Origin: Eledone cirrhosa
Taxonomy: Eukaryota
DNA length: 64,000 nt
NCBI GenBank assembly: GCA_964016885.1
Contig: OZ024745.1
Span: 117,180,001 to 117,244,000, forward strand
Direction: 5' to 3'
The notes beneath the pieces are model-generated. The model searched no databases and had not been told where the DNA came from. It saw only the letters and a list, made by a program, of their open reading frames with translations. The position numbers and the translations under genes are program-made. Numbering within the stretch: position 1 is the first letter of the stretch; the number at the start of each line of letters is the position of its first letter. This document shows, piece by piece, positions 49,623 through 63,459 of this stretch.

Positions 49623-51364
49623 TTAATATACTTTGTAACAAAGTCTTTAATCAGATAAGTCACATTCATTTTGTATGTAAATATAAATAAAATTGTTCTG
49701 CAATACAAAGAGGGTAGCTTAAGTTATTGGACTATTTCCCAACAAGATGACCTTTGCTAATGCCATCTATCAAACTATAACATAGAGCAAGATAATTAAT
49801 TTTGGTTATATAAACTGGGAACATTAGTATGATATAACTTTACAAAAGTACAATATGACATAAACAAGTACTGAGAGCCCTTAAAGTATAAGATTCTTCA
49901 TATATTTAATCAATATACCTAAAGTAGGCCATTGTCCCTGGAGTGTGAGCAATGGCTCACTCAGATTAAGGTTGGTTTGCTTAATGTAAGTTTTGAAAAC
50001 AAATGTTAGTCTAATGCAGGAACACATAGAAAAGGAATAAGTTCTGCAGAATATTAATTCTCAAAATAAAGCAGTGGATCACCAGTATTGGTAGAGTGTC
50101 AAACAACATGCTTTGCAGCCTAGAGTTTTTGGCTCTTTACATTCTGAGTTCAAATCTGCTGAGATTAGCTTTGCCTTATTGACTCTCAAAGTTTCCTAAT
50201 AGCTTAAGGGTTATTTGATTATGGAGAATGGAGATAATTATTTTAACACCACCTAAAAAAAAAAGGTGTAGAAATGTATTCTTATTATACAGCTGAAATA
50301 AATTAGAGTAGAGAATAAAACCATACCATGGAGAAAGCCATTCTGGAGGGCAGTAGCTCCAAATACAATTGCATAGAGTAGACATGGCTTCTGTAAGCTG
50401 AAATGTTGGCAACTTGTCTACGAGAACAGTCACTCTGGATAAATACTGATACAGGGTAAAGAGGACCCTTCAGACTGGTAAGACAACCTCTCTATTGCTG
50501 GTGGCATAAATAATACACCCAGTCCATGCTGTAAAGTGGTTGGTGATGGGAAGGGCATCCAGTCACTAAAACACTGCTAAAACTATACAAAGTCCAACCC
50601 TTGCTAGCTGGGAAAGTGGACATTAAATGGTGATGATGATGATGATGATGATATACACAAACACACATACACATGCTAGATTTATAGTTCCATCATATAT
50701 AAATATATATAAGAAAATGAGGTGTTTTTTTTAATGAAAAAAAAACAACAGATGTTCTACACAAGTAAAAGTATAAGGAAAAGAAATCGAAAATGCAACT
50801 GGAGTCTTTTTAAGAATATTTGTTTCCTTTATTGGTTTCACAGTTCTTATGCTTTTCAAAAGTAGAATTGAGATGGAGGGTTTGTGGTTTTTCTCGCATC
50901 TGGTTGGTGTTCGAATGTTACTTCTGTTTTATGTGGAAAAAAGTGGCTCAAATTGCTAGGTCTTTAAAAAAGTAATTTGGTTGGTTTTAAAAAAAGTAAT
51001 TTGGTTCGCGTTACAAAGTTGTTATTGTATTTGCCTTTAAAAAAAGTGGCCTCAAATTGTTTTTTCATATATAAGTGAAATAAGAACTTTATAAGAAAAG
51101 AATGGGTGTGCATGTAAAGACGCTGCTTGAATCCATTGGCGGTTAACCCTATGTAGGCCCTACTAGACGTGGGTGTTTGAACCTTACATTTGTAGACAAT
51201 GTTACTGGAGAGGCATTTCCTGGATAGGGGGCAGTCAACCCGATTCCTACAATTACAGTTAGTACTAGCTACAGGGTTGCACGTGTTCCTACGGCTAGGT
51301 AATTTAGCTAAATTTGAAGCAGTGATGTTATGAGTCGTAGAGTAAGCTATTTTAATGGTATTTC

Positions 51365-51570
51365 AGGGTCAGTCCACCTCTGGGTCCCAGTGTACAGGAT
51401 GGAGAAGATATTGCCCCCAGAAGATGGTGAGGGAGACACGCTAGAACAGCTACTCCACCTCATAGGTAGGCAACTCCGTTCTGATAGCAGTGAGTAACAA
51501 CGTGGTCTGGGGGCCAAGAATTCCGGATGTCTCCACTGCAACAAGCTCAACCACAAACCTGCCATTTAGA
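51365..51570 (-). mobile_element. Second CRE-clade remnant
   Basis: GRFVVELVAVETSGILGPQTTLLLTAI...GNIFSILYTG aligns with 39360-39560. Confidence 0.6.
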
Positions 51571-52060
51571 AGTACGGAAGTGTTTACATAGAGTAGATAT
51601 TTTCAACAAAGCTATAGTATATGTGGGCCGGTGGGGGCCTTGCCAGAAGTATAAGGGTCAGTGACATCATGGGGCCTTGCCAGAAGCAAAAAGGCAGAGT
51701 GATGTCACTTAATTGGAATTAGGAAGTAGCAGCACAGTCATGGGCCTCTCTCTCTCCCTATTAGTTGGTGGGGAAGAAGCACGTTTTTGCTCCATAGGCT
51801 GGAGTTATATGTTTATATATTCTGGCCAGCAAGGAGCTGATAGACAGAAATATACCCCATTCTGGACAAGATCAACCAGTGAGACATCTGGTGAGGTAGG
51901 TGAACTAATTTCCTGCACCCCAACTATGAATGTAATTATGTTGAAATATCAACAATTTCAACAAGATAATCATCATCATTTAACGTCTATCTTAATATAT
52001 TTTCACAAAAATATTGTTTAAATAATGTAAGTACATATTTACCATTCAATCTTAATTTAA

Positions 52061-52479
52061 TCACAGCTTAAACTGGCCATATCTCACCAGAATTCTCTCA
52101 TTTCTTTTTGTTTAAACCAGCAGTAACTGGTCACTCATACTGATGTTAAGATGTTGTTCTCAAAATAAATAACCACAAAACCTCATAGATTCGATATTAT
52201 GTGAGATAATTATGTGACGTAAAGCCTTTATCGTGAAAATATAATAGTAAATATAGAGTAATAATCATGAAATTATTGTGTAAAGTGCTCAGGTGCACTA
52301 CAACTCGTCAAAGGTGTATGTATAGTACATAGAATAATACACAAATGTCAGGGAAGTGAATAGTGTATGAGTCATGGTATACATGTGTGTATGTGTATGG
52401 AGGGGGAACATTAGCTGTAGTGTTGGCGGATCTCGGGAAGTATGGAGGCCTTAAAGGATGCAGTGTAAATGCTAAAGGG
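52061..52479. mobile_element. piggyBac-type MITE interrupted by a CR1 3' fragment (about 52263-52465, - strand)
   Basis: MITE body is homologous to 8611-8881. The insert matches 45935-46140. Ends GCTAAAGGG|TTAA. Confidence 0.85.
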
Positions 52480-53097
52480 TTAAAACTAAATAAAATCTAA
52501 ATTTAATTGTGGAGTCTATGTATCATAAGTGTCCTGGAGTCTTTCAGATATTTTCTGGACAAATTAATTAAATGTTACGACTTTCAATGCCAGAAAAATA
52601 AATTTAAAAGTTTGTGATTAAATCTGTTGTAATATTATAAACATTAGAATGTCTGAGGAAAGAATTCCTGAGACCCCAGGCAAAATAGTTGGATAACATC
52701 CATGAAACAGTAGCTTTTGAAAGTAGTACTTGAGGGCTCTGCCCCAACAACCCTCCCAAGAAGAAGAAAATAGTAATTATACATGGAGATATTAACAAAA
52801 AAGATACACACAAACAAACACACATATATATATATATATATATGATTATTAAACATTTTTTATTTATCTACAACACATAGCTATACAAGATATTACATTT
52901 TTAACAGTGTTTCTGATGACATATTTATATTGATATAGGTATACATAATATAATATAATATATATATATCCAGGGAGTATAACGTGGAGTTACTGTAGGT
53001 TCATACATACATATAATGTGTGTGTGTATGTTTATATATAGAGTGATGGAGAGTTATTTGCAGTCGAAACAGTAAGAGCTCAGCTATAGGGCACAAA

Positions 53098-53150
<53 letters not shown>

Positions 53151-53678
53151 GCATGTATCACTCATGCTCTGAAGCATCTCAACATTGGTACTTGACTGGC
53201 ACAAGGTTGAGAAAATTAGTGAAGAAAAATTCTGCCATGTCAATTTGATCACAATGATAATCAATATTTATATCATGGAGAACAATGGACGGAAATTGTG
53301 CAATAGTAATATATATGAAGATGTGTCTGTGTGTCTGTGTATATATATTAAATATATTAATCTGAAAGCAGCAATGTAGAGTAGACATAGTGAAACATAT
53401 AAATGTTGTTGGCAGTAATGTGATGTGAAAAGAAAAAAAAAAAATGAAATCTAAAATATTGAGAAATCAATAAGTTGTAAGGTATGTTGTCTATATAGTC
53501 AGGTGCTAACATAGCACCACCTCAATCTTGAGTCCATCAGTACAGTAAAAAAAAATGGATTCTACTTTGCTGGTCGTTAAAACAGAAAAAAATGTCCAAG
53601 GTTTGTTGGTCAACAGAGCTGAATGTTTAGCAGTTCAGTTTTATTTTTATTTATTTCTCTGGTTTCAGTTGTCTGCAG

Positions 53679-53750
53679 TTACATATCGTCTGGGAATATT
53701 GTAATTATTAACTTCCGTCTGGGCCAGTCATAGGTTTTCGGCCATTCCAT
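53679..53750 (-). CDS. SUFU: Suppressor of fused, last coding exon
   Basis: aaattttag| then MEWPKTYDWPRRKLIITIFPDDM*, comparable to human FKLPKEYSWPEKKLKVSILPD. AATAAA signals at 53640-53651. Confidence 0.9.
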   Translation of the reverse strand: MEWPKTYDWPRRKLIITIFPDDM

Positions 53751-53834
53751 CTAAAATTTCATTAAAAATAAGAAAAAGCAGAAAACATACGATTAAAAAG
53801 ATAAAAAGATGAAGTAGGAATCTATAATTAGTTC

Positions 53835-54918
53835 CATGTTTAGTTTAGGACATGACAGTGAGTTCTTTAGTTTAGGACATGACAGTGAGTTCTATAGTTT
53901 AGGACATGACAGTGAGTTCTATAGTTTAGGACATGACAGTGAGTTCTATAGTTTAGGACATGACAGTGAGTTCTTTAGTTTAGGACATGACAGTGAGTTC
54001 TTTAGTTTAGGACATGGCAGTGAGTTCTTTAGTTTAGGACATGACAGTGAGTTCTTTAGTTTAGGACATGACAGTGAGTTCTTTAGTTTAGGACATGACA
54101 GTGAGTTCTTTAGACATGACAGTGAGTTCTTTAGTTTAGGACACAACAGTGAGTTCTTTAGTTTAGGACACAACAGTGAGTTCTTTAGTTTAGGACACCA
54201 CAGTGAGTTGTTTAGTTTAGGACATGACAGTGAGTTCTTTAGTTTAGGACACGACAGTGAATTCTTTAGTTTAGGACACGACAGTGAATTCTTTAGTTTA
54301 GGACACGACAGTGAGTTCTTTAGTTTAGGACATGACAGTGTATTCTATAGTTTAGGACACGGCAGTGAGTTCTTTGGGACATGACAGTGAGTTCTTTAGT
54401 TTAGGACATGACAGTGAGTTCTATAGTTTAGGACATGACAGTGAGTTCTATAGTTTAGGACATGACAGTGAGTTCTATAGTTTAGGACATGACAGTGAGT
54501 TCTTTAGTTTAGGACATGACAGTGAGTTCTTTAGTTTAGGACATGGCAGTGAGTTCTTTAGTTTAGGACATGACAGTGAGTTCTTTAGTTTAGGACATGA
54601 CAGTGAGTTCTTTAGTTTAGGACATGACAGTGAGTTCTTTAGACATGACAGTGAGTTCTTTAGTTTAGGACACAACAGTGAGTTCTTTAGTTTAGGACAC
54701 AACAGTGAGTTCTTTAGTTTAGGACACCACAGTGAGTTGTTTAGTTTAGGACATGACAGTGAGTTCTTTAGTTTAGGACACGACAGTGAATTCTTTAGTT
54801 TAGGACACGACAGTGAATTCTTTAGTTTAGGACACGACAGTGAGTTCTTTAGTTTAGGACATGACAGTGTATTCTATAGTTTAGGACACGGCAGTGAGTT
54901 CTTTGGGACATGACAGTA
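53835..54918. repeat. 27-bp satellite, ~40 copies arranged as two 529-bp higher-order units, in the last SUFU intron
   Basis: Unit TTTAGTTTAGGACATGACAGTGAGTTC. The variant order repeats at an offset of 529. Confidence 0.97.
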
Positions 54919-56489
54919 AGTTCAAAGTGAAGTAGATGTGAACTATGGATTACATACACAGAAAATACAGAGGAAAGAAGCTCATTTTATTTGTAGTAAA
55001 TCAGGTGTTGAGATCATATGACAAATGAGAGTAAGAGATATGCTTAATGCTACACCAACTGATAACTCTATTATGAGGGAGATGGTTGGTACACAAACAA
55101 GGTGGAAGCCTTGTGCAAGATGTACTTAGGTGGACATACAGTAGATAGTGGAAGGAGATAATGAGAGGCATGAGTAAGATTGATGTGATAAGAGGCAGGT
55201 GTAAAATGGTGGGATAACATAATACAAGATTGGTGTGTTTGACAAAAATTCATCAAAGCCCAATGTATCTATTGAGTGCAAAAGTATTTCATCATCATCA
55301 TTTAACATCTAGTAAGTCTACATAGACTAAGACAGTACTGGTGGCACCACCGATACCCCAGACAGGTTGAGGAGGTCTGTATTCCCCTTATGTACAGCCA
55401 TTATCAAGTGCAGAGGAGATGTTGTCATGTCTTTTGACACAAACTGAAGGATGCTCCTAAGCCCTCGTTTGGCAAGCTTTCTACGGCTGGATGTTTTTCA
55501 ATAATTTTACCAAATAGGATAGAGTGAGATAAAACTGATTGTACATTAAAAATATCATTTAATGTGCATAAGGTATCAGCTGTGCAAACATAGGCATACA
55601 ATACAAACAAATGAATTCTTCTGGACAAATAAAATGATGTACACCGGCAGTGAGAAGTACAGTGAGATAGGAAAACAAAAGAATATATAGCAAGAAATGA
55701 TAAGGTAGAATTGCTGGATAGATTTTATGGGCAAAACCAACCGGCAGGAGACTGAGGGGTAGAACCTGACCAAGATGGCTGGATAACATCTATGAGCTCA
55801 GCTGGATCAATTGGAGACAGTTGCTTCTGACAGGACCCACTGGAAAGGAATACTTGAGGACTCTACCTCCATGACCCTCCCAAGAATACGTGGACAAAGA
55901 AAAAGAGAAGATAATAAAGTGAGATCTCAGACTGCTGGGACTCAACGATAGGATGACACAGAATTGAAATCTAAATCTAAACTAGTATGGAAAAATGAAT
56001 TCTTAAATCATGAGAATGTTGATTCATCATCATCATCATCATCGTTTAATGTCTATCTTCCACGCTATAATAATGAGTGTTCACAAATTTGTAAGGGGAA
56101 GTGGGAGATCTTCTATTACTTTTTGCTCACTTATTCCTGGGAGGGTTATGGGAACAGAGTCCTGAGAGATAACTGATTAATTGTTTAGTTAATGGTTTCA
56201 CGATGCTCCAGTTTACTCAGCTGTAGAAATGAGTTGCGACGTCACTGGTGCCAAGCTGTATCGGTCATTGCCTTTCCCTTGGACAAATCGGTGGCGTGGA
56301 GAGGGGAGACTGGTATACATGGGCAACTGCTGGTTTTCCACAAAACTAACCTTGCTCAGGCTTGTGCCTTGGAGGGAAACTTTCTAGGTACAAAACCATG
56401 ATTATTTGTGACCAAAGGGGGGCCTCTAAAAAAAAAGATTAAAAAAGAATTGTCTGTGACTATGACGTTTGTAAGATCTCTGAAACTGG

Positions 56490-56740
56490 CAAGATGTGGT
56501 TGATGTACAATTTGAACAGCTGTAAGTTAACATCTGCAGGGAAAATGTGGGCAAAAATGGAATTCCAGAGAGTTGACATTCTGAGAAAGAAGTATTTAGA
56601 GTGGGTCATGCGAAGGTAGACTGCATGAGTTCGGTTAGTTGAAACTTATGTGTCAGGTGGGCTTGAGTGGAGGTAATATGTAACTAGTTAGCTCTGAGGA
56701 GCAGACATATTATAGTTATTACAGAAAAGGTGAGAGGTGA
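56490..56740 (-). mobile_element. Old CR1/L2-group LINE 3' fragment
   Basis: FFLRMSTLWNSI...FPADVNLQLFK resembles the FF.R....WN.L...FP...NL..FK C-terminal motif. Confidence 0.55.
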
Positions 56741-56745
56741 CTTAC

Positions 56746-56814
56746 ATATTCTGGATCTGAGAGTTCTTCAATATCTTGTAGCATGTCTTCAATAAAATCA
56801 TCAGTGAGCAAAAT
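56746..56814 (-). CDS. SUFU: Suppressor of fused exon (69 nt)
   Basis: ctctctacag|ILLTDDFIEDMLQDIEELSDPEY|gtaagt, comparable to human ILLTEEFVEKMLEDLEDLTSPEE. Confidence 0.95.
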
Positions 56815-57467
56815 CTGTAGAGAGAATTGGTGATTTCATAATTAGTGGGTACATTGCAAGTTACAGAAGATGTATTGAGTATGGATCTAATTATAGGATA
56901 CATTTAAGTTATAAAGTAAACTGTATATCATCATCATCATTGTTTTATGTCCATGTTGCCATGCTTGCACAAGTTGGGTGGGTGTTTTCCAGTACAGCAT
57001 CCCTCCACTTGTTGCAGTCCTTTGTCATCTCCTCTGTGAAGGTTACTGGGTATAGCAGATATATTATAGTGGGGACATTGTAGTTAGAGGGTATAATGCT
57101 ATTCCACAGTATACTGAAGACAGTATAGTGGGAACATAATGACTAACATGTCATCTTCATTATTTTACATCCATTCTTCTATGTTAGTCATATCGTTACA
57201 GACCAACTCAGTAATCAAAACTAATATCTTCCTACAAAGGTCAGGGAACCACATCTTGCTCAACAACTTTTGTTTTTGGCATCGGTTCAGCAGCTGGATG
57301 ACCTTGACATGACTGAAGAAACCTCTTTACCATTCAAATACCAACGGCTCTACAGAGTGTACTGGGTGTACTCTATTGAGGCACAATACAACACATAAAA
57401 ACGATTGAGGCAGAAAATAGAAGGGGAGTGGTGATTAAGGGGAAAGAGATGTAGGAGTATGATGGAT

Positions 57468-57535
57468 ATGATGGGGTCAAGGTCACAATGATGGGGCCAA
57501 GGTCAAAATGATGTGGTCAAGGTCGCAATGATGGG
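57468..57535. repeat. 20-bp tandem repeat, ~3.4 copies
   Basis: Unit ATGATGGGGTCAAGGTCACA. Confidence 0.88.
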
Positions 57536-59437
57536 ATGATATAGAAGGGATTGATGGAGGAGAGAGTGGGTGAAGGTTACATGGAGGTTATTAGCAGGGG
57601 GGTAAATAAATAAGAGCAAAGAAGCATGATGAGGGGAAAGTGAGGGATGACTAGCAAGAGGCATGGGTGAAGGTATTAGTGGTAGATGTCAACCATCAAA
57701 CACATAAGTAATGGGTAGCAACAAAGATGTGTAATATCTCAATCCAAGACTAAACATGCTTTTTTTGTTTAACCTTTAATTGCACTATCAACATAAAAAA
57801 GATTATATTCCTACATCTAGTAGAGATATAACCATGTAGTGAAGGTGTTATGATAAAGTGCACCCAGTACACTGTGTAAAGTGGTTGGGTTAGGAAGGAC
57901 ATCTAGCTGTAGAAACCCTGCTAAAAGGCTTGAGAGGACTCTTCAGTCATGATACAGATATCTTTCTAGTGGTGCTGCCAGTACACTCAGTAAAGTGATT
58001 GGAATGGAAGGACATCCAATCTTAGAAAACTTGCCAAATAAAGGGTTGAGAAAACTCATCAGTTGTCTAGGACATGACAACCTCCCTATTGTTGATGCCA
58101 CAATAAAATGCATCTATTTCACTCTGTAAACTGCAGAAACATATATAAGGGAGATGCAACTGTCAGCTCATCTGTGAGAACAGTAGCTCTAGACATATAT
58201 GAGATGCAACTGTTGGCTTGTCTGTGAGAACAGTAGCTCTAATTAAGTCTTATTTGGTCTGTGATAACCTGTCCAACTCATGCTAACATTGAAAAACAGA
58301 TGTTAAAATGATGATGATAATCTATTTTTGTTACCCTGGCATCATTCGTTCAAAAACCATGTTGCCAAATTCATCAATCATAAATCATTATCAAATCAAT
58401 ATAACAAATCATTCCTTAGTGATTACTCTCAAATAATGTACCCTGGTGTATCCTAAATAAAGTATTCAACTTTTCTCTCTGTCATCTTAGAACTATGGAA
58501 TCTTCTTCTTCACCCACTTATTCCCAAGAGGGTCATGGGGGCAGAGTCTTCAAACACTCCTTCCTGTGGGTCCTGTCAGAAGCAACCGTTTCCAACTGAT
58601 CCAGCTGGATCCGCAAACGAGACCAGCCAAGCTCATAGATGTTATCCAACCATCTTGCTCAGGATCTACTCCTGGGTCTCCTGCCATTTGGTTTTACCCA
58701 TAAAATCTGTCCAACGATTCTTTCCTGAAACATTCTAACCACATACCCATAGTATCTGAGCTGTGATCTCTCACTACAGAGAAGTAGCAGCTTTATTTGG
58801 AGTGACTCTCTGATCTTCGAACTATACACTCTATCGAGTAATGTTACTCCAAAGACCTTTCAGAGGAACCCCATTTTGGCCTCTTGTATTTGTGATTGTA
58901 TTCTTTTGGTCATTACCCAAGATTTGTGACCCTAGGTAAGGGTTGGCACAGAGACATCCATAAATATAACTATAGAATCATGCATCTTATATGCTATTTC
59001 TCCAAGAAAGAAAACTCTTCTAACCTAAACCTTGCTGTTCTTTTCTTCTCCTGCTCAATATTTCAATAATATAGAGAAACCATAAAGGTGGTGATTTAGC
59101 AGAGTCATCAGAATGTCAGATACAATGATTTGTGGTATTTGTTTCAACTCACTGTACTGAATTCAATCCCACCTGTGTCAACTTTAGCTTTCATCCTTTC
59201 GATGTTGATAAAGACATACCAGTACAGTGCTGTGGTCAATTCTATCTCTATATCTCTTTCTCACTTCCTCTCTCAGAAATTGCCTGTGTTCAGACCAAAA
59301 GAGGGATTGGCTCCACCAGGTTTAAAATGCCCCAAAAATGCCATATGTCATAACGACACCATTACATTACTCAGTAACGAGTGTATTAAGAATAGTGACA
59401 CATACACTGAGTAAACTAACAATAATAGGTTAACAAC

Positions 59438-59576
59438 CTGAAGCCATGGACCATGTGTGGCATATGGATGTTGTTCATCTGCTATAGAACCTGTAACACT
59501 GCTTGAGACCAATGTCACTGCTACATCATTTAGTACACTCTTGAATGTAAAATGTCGACCATGTTTTAATCTGCCT
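59438..59576 (-). CDS. SUFU: Suppressor of fused exon (139 nt)
   Basis: ctttcaacag|A then GRLKHGRHFTFKSVLNDVAVTLVSSSVTGSIADEQHPYATHGPWLQ|gttgtt, comparable to human GRLLHGRHFTYKSITGDMAITFVSTGVEGAFATEEHPYAAHGPWLQ. Confidence 0.97.
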
Positions 59577-60149
59577 CTGTTGAAAGAAAGAAAGATCTAT
59601 AAAATAGAAACAGGAAGCTAAAATCAAATAGATTCTAAGTTCAATTAAAAAATACCTTGTATTTATTGAACAAAGGTTATACAATGAAAAAAAGGGGGAA
59701 GGGGTAAAGAAAGGCTGACCTGGTTGTATAGTAAAAAAAAGGAGTATAAATGCCATAAATGAGGAAAAGAGCAAATACTAAAGAGGAAGGACTATCACTT
59801 CTATTCTCGAAAAAAAAACAAAAAAAACAACAGACATGTAAGATAAGGCTATTTTCATACCTATATATTGAATTAGTCAATACTTTACTCTAGTTCTCTG
59901 TATTTTTAGAAAATTTTCATCTGATTATTTCAATGTTTCCAAATGTCTTCTTGTCAACTAAACGTCTATCATCTCTGCACCACCACCCCTATACTCCACC
60001 TTCCAATTAGCTGTTTTGCAGACATTGTCTTGCACTGTCTTTCATTTCCACAACCTATCCACCTGTTGCTTTCCACACTCATCCTCTTTCCAAAACAAGT
60101 GTTGCTATGTGCAAAGTTTGCTATGGCCAACTGGTCAGACCCTCCTATA

Positions 60150-60885
60150 TCACGATCACCCAGTCCCACACTGTAAAAATGTGGTTGCTGTAAGATGGTG
60201 CATCCAGCAGCTGTAAAATCCAGCCAAAACGGAGGTTCTGCTATGAGCAATGTTTGATGTGGCCAGCTGGTCAGACCTTCCTCATAAGTGGGATCACCCA
60301 CTCCTACACCGTAAAAGTAGTTGGTGTTAGGAAAGGCTTCTAGCAACCATAAAATCCTAGCCAAAACAGAGGTCCCTCTATGCACAAGGTTTGGTGCGGT
60401 CAACTAGCCAAACTTGCCTCATACTGTGGATGCTCCATTTGAACCATGCAAGCATGGAACATTTGACGTTAAACGATGATGATGATGATGATATCATCAT
60501 CATCATTGTTTAACGTCTATCTTCCACGCTAGCATGGGTTAGATGGGAATTGTCCCACTTGAGGCAAGATTGGCCGGGTAACTGTGTCTCGCTCGTATAG
60601 GACTGTATCTGGCAAGTTTTCTATGACTGGATGCCCTTCCTAACACCAACCACATTTACAGTGTGGACTGGGTGCTTTTTGTTGTGACACCTACACGACC
60701 TCATTAGTGTGGACTGGATGTTCTGTCGTACTAATATAACTTTACAGAGAAAGGGTGGTGTGAGAAGATGGAGTAAGGGTAGTGGGTTGGGGTGTATATT
60801 TGGTTAAGAGGTGCCTACTGAGTTTAAGTCCATGCGCAAGGGAAAGCGGGTCTTCTGTATTACTGCATAGCGCCAAAGATCTTAT
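60150..60885. mobile_element. Two RTE family 1 3' ends, tail to tail (+ about 60150-60490, - about 60495-60885)
   Basis: (GAT)n meets (ATC)n at ~60492. Both carry the CAGTCCACACTGTAAA..GGTTGGTGTTAGGAAG module. Confidence 0.8.
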
Positions 60886-60889
60886 TTGT

Positions 60890-62108
60890 TTATTTTTTTG
60901 TCTTCTCTGCGCATGCGTTTGCGTGTGTGTATAGTGTTTTGTTTGATGTGTGTTCGTGTTTGAGTGACTGTGTATTGGTTATTGTATTCTATCTTAGTTT
61001 ACTAGTGTGTGTTTATATGTTTTTGTTGTTATTATGCTTGTGTATGTATTTATTTATTTATACTTCTCTTAGGTCAGTGTTGTTTGTTTGGGTGTTGTTA
61101 TTCCATTCATTTTTTCTGTTTAGCCTTGGCCTTCTAAGTTCTATTTCGCTGGCCTCTCTAATTTGCCTATCTGCTGGGTCATTTCTATGTTTAGATATTA
61201 TTCTAATTTCTATGTTGTCTATGTTACCGTCGTGTTGTTGTCTGGCATGTTCGTATAGTACTGAACCGTTTTTTCGTCCTTTTAGTTCCCCCCAGTGTTG
61301 GTCTATCCTTTCACCTATGCTACGAGCTGTCTCGCCTATGTATGTTGTTGTCATGTTTCTGCAAGTACCCTCTGTACATCTTATCTATAGACTACGTTTC
61401 TAGTTTTACAGTTTATCCGCGGGTTTACTTTACATATGATACATTTCCTATTAGTACAGTGGGTTTTCTTAAAAGGGTAGGTTTTGCTGATCAGGGATTT
61501 TATGGTGGTTCCTGGCTTTTCTACCACCTTAATCTTTAAGTGGGTCTTTTTCAGGGCCTTTCTACATTGGTTAGCTAATTTCCCTCCAGGGGTAGCATCC
61601 ACAAACATGACACTCTGGTATCTCTGGTTGTCGTACCATGAGGTGGCTTTCCCTATCTTAAGTCTAGTCCTATCTAAGCTATTCCATGATTTGCTCCTGT
61701 ATAATGGGCAAATTCCTTTCATGTCCAGTTCTATGAGGGTCTTATACTTCTCCGTGGCTCCTTCGTATACTCTGATTCTGTCTCTTTGGTTGTAGCCAGA
61801 GAACTGCATGCGGTTGATGAAGTGTTGGATGTGTCTTTCCATTTCTGTTGGGTCGCACATGCGGGACACGTTCTTCATCACTCGTACCAAGTCTGCGATC
61901 AGAATATTAAACTTAGCACTACTGGACATTGCTGAGTTTTTGAGTATCAGGTATTTGGAGGCCATGGGTTTAGCATAGTGTGAGTGGAGAATTTGGGCTC
62001 TCTCGTCTATAGTGTTAATCCAGAGTTCCGTGTCTAATACAGGTAGTCTATTGTTAGGGTGTTTGGAAGGGTAGTCGATAGTTACAGTTATACTCTGGTG
62101 TATGGATC
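60890..62108 (-). mobile_element. Second Penelope-like element, 5'-truncated (RT thumb plus GIY-YIG), distinct from 39992-42095
   Basis: TIDYPSKHPNNRLPVLD, HYAKPMAS, MQFSGY, CTNRKCIIC..CKTRNVVY, a frameshift at ~61385, then TYIGETARSIGERIDQH...RQIREA. Confidence 0.9.
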
Positions 62109-62338
62109 TTAACCATCTACTATGTCAGGGTATGTCATGCATCATCTTATTTTATCTGATCAGGACGTACTGTTGAAGTTAGCTCAGTACCTCTGAAATA
62201 TGTATAATAAAATATACTTGATCACAATGAAGTTCTATTTTTGTTAATATTTTGAATGAATAGTATATATATATATATACATTTTAGATCTGTGTCTAAC
62301 ACAAATAAAACAGAGGAATGGAAAAAGTAAGAGCATAC

Positions 62339-62482
62339 TTAAGAGCCAGTGGGAGTAATAAGCCAGCTTCTAAGTTGAGTTTTAAGTGAACGTTATCCAA
62401 TGTGCGAGTGCGGAATAGTTCAGATGGAACTTCAGATGCCAATGTGCTGTCAAAAGATTCTTTCCTTGACCCATTTTGATTG
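62339..62482 (-). CDS. SUFU: Suppressor of fused exon (144 nt). Upstream exons lie beyond the window.
   Basis: ttattttcag|C then NQNGSRKESFDSTLASEVPSELFRTRTLDNVHLKLNLEAGLLLPLAL AA|gtatgc, comparable to human RTRQLESVHLKFNQESGALIPLCL. Phase 2 fits the next exon. Confidence 0.94.
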
Positions 62483-62609
62483 CTGAAAATAAAACAGTTT
62501 TCTTATATGTCATTTAAAATTACAGAACATCAATTATATATAAATATATATATATATTCAGATCTAGCTCTTAAAACGACTGGAGCTCAGCTGTTGGGGT
62601 CCTGATACT

Positions 62610-62666
<57 letters not shown>

Positions 62667-62685
62667 TATATATATATATATACAC

Positions 62686-62750
<65 letters not shown>

Positions 62751-62754
62751 TATG

Positions 62755-63459
<705 letters not shown>

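Noticed and set aside
53836-54913. (FSLGHDSEF)n as a structural repeat protein
   Set aside because: It is antisense within a SUFU intron. A stop-free 27-bp unit is open by construction, many variants are non-synonymous, and a 5-bp deletion breaks the frame.
61355-61390. Stop read-through or selenocysteine between the two Penelope ORFs
   Set aside because: The stop is TAA and the ORFs are in different frames. A 1-bp deletion restores VVY(K)IRCTEGTC...YIGET.
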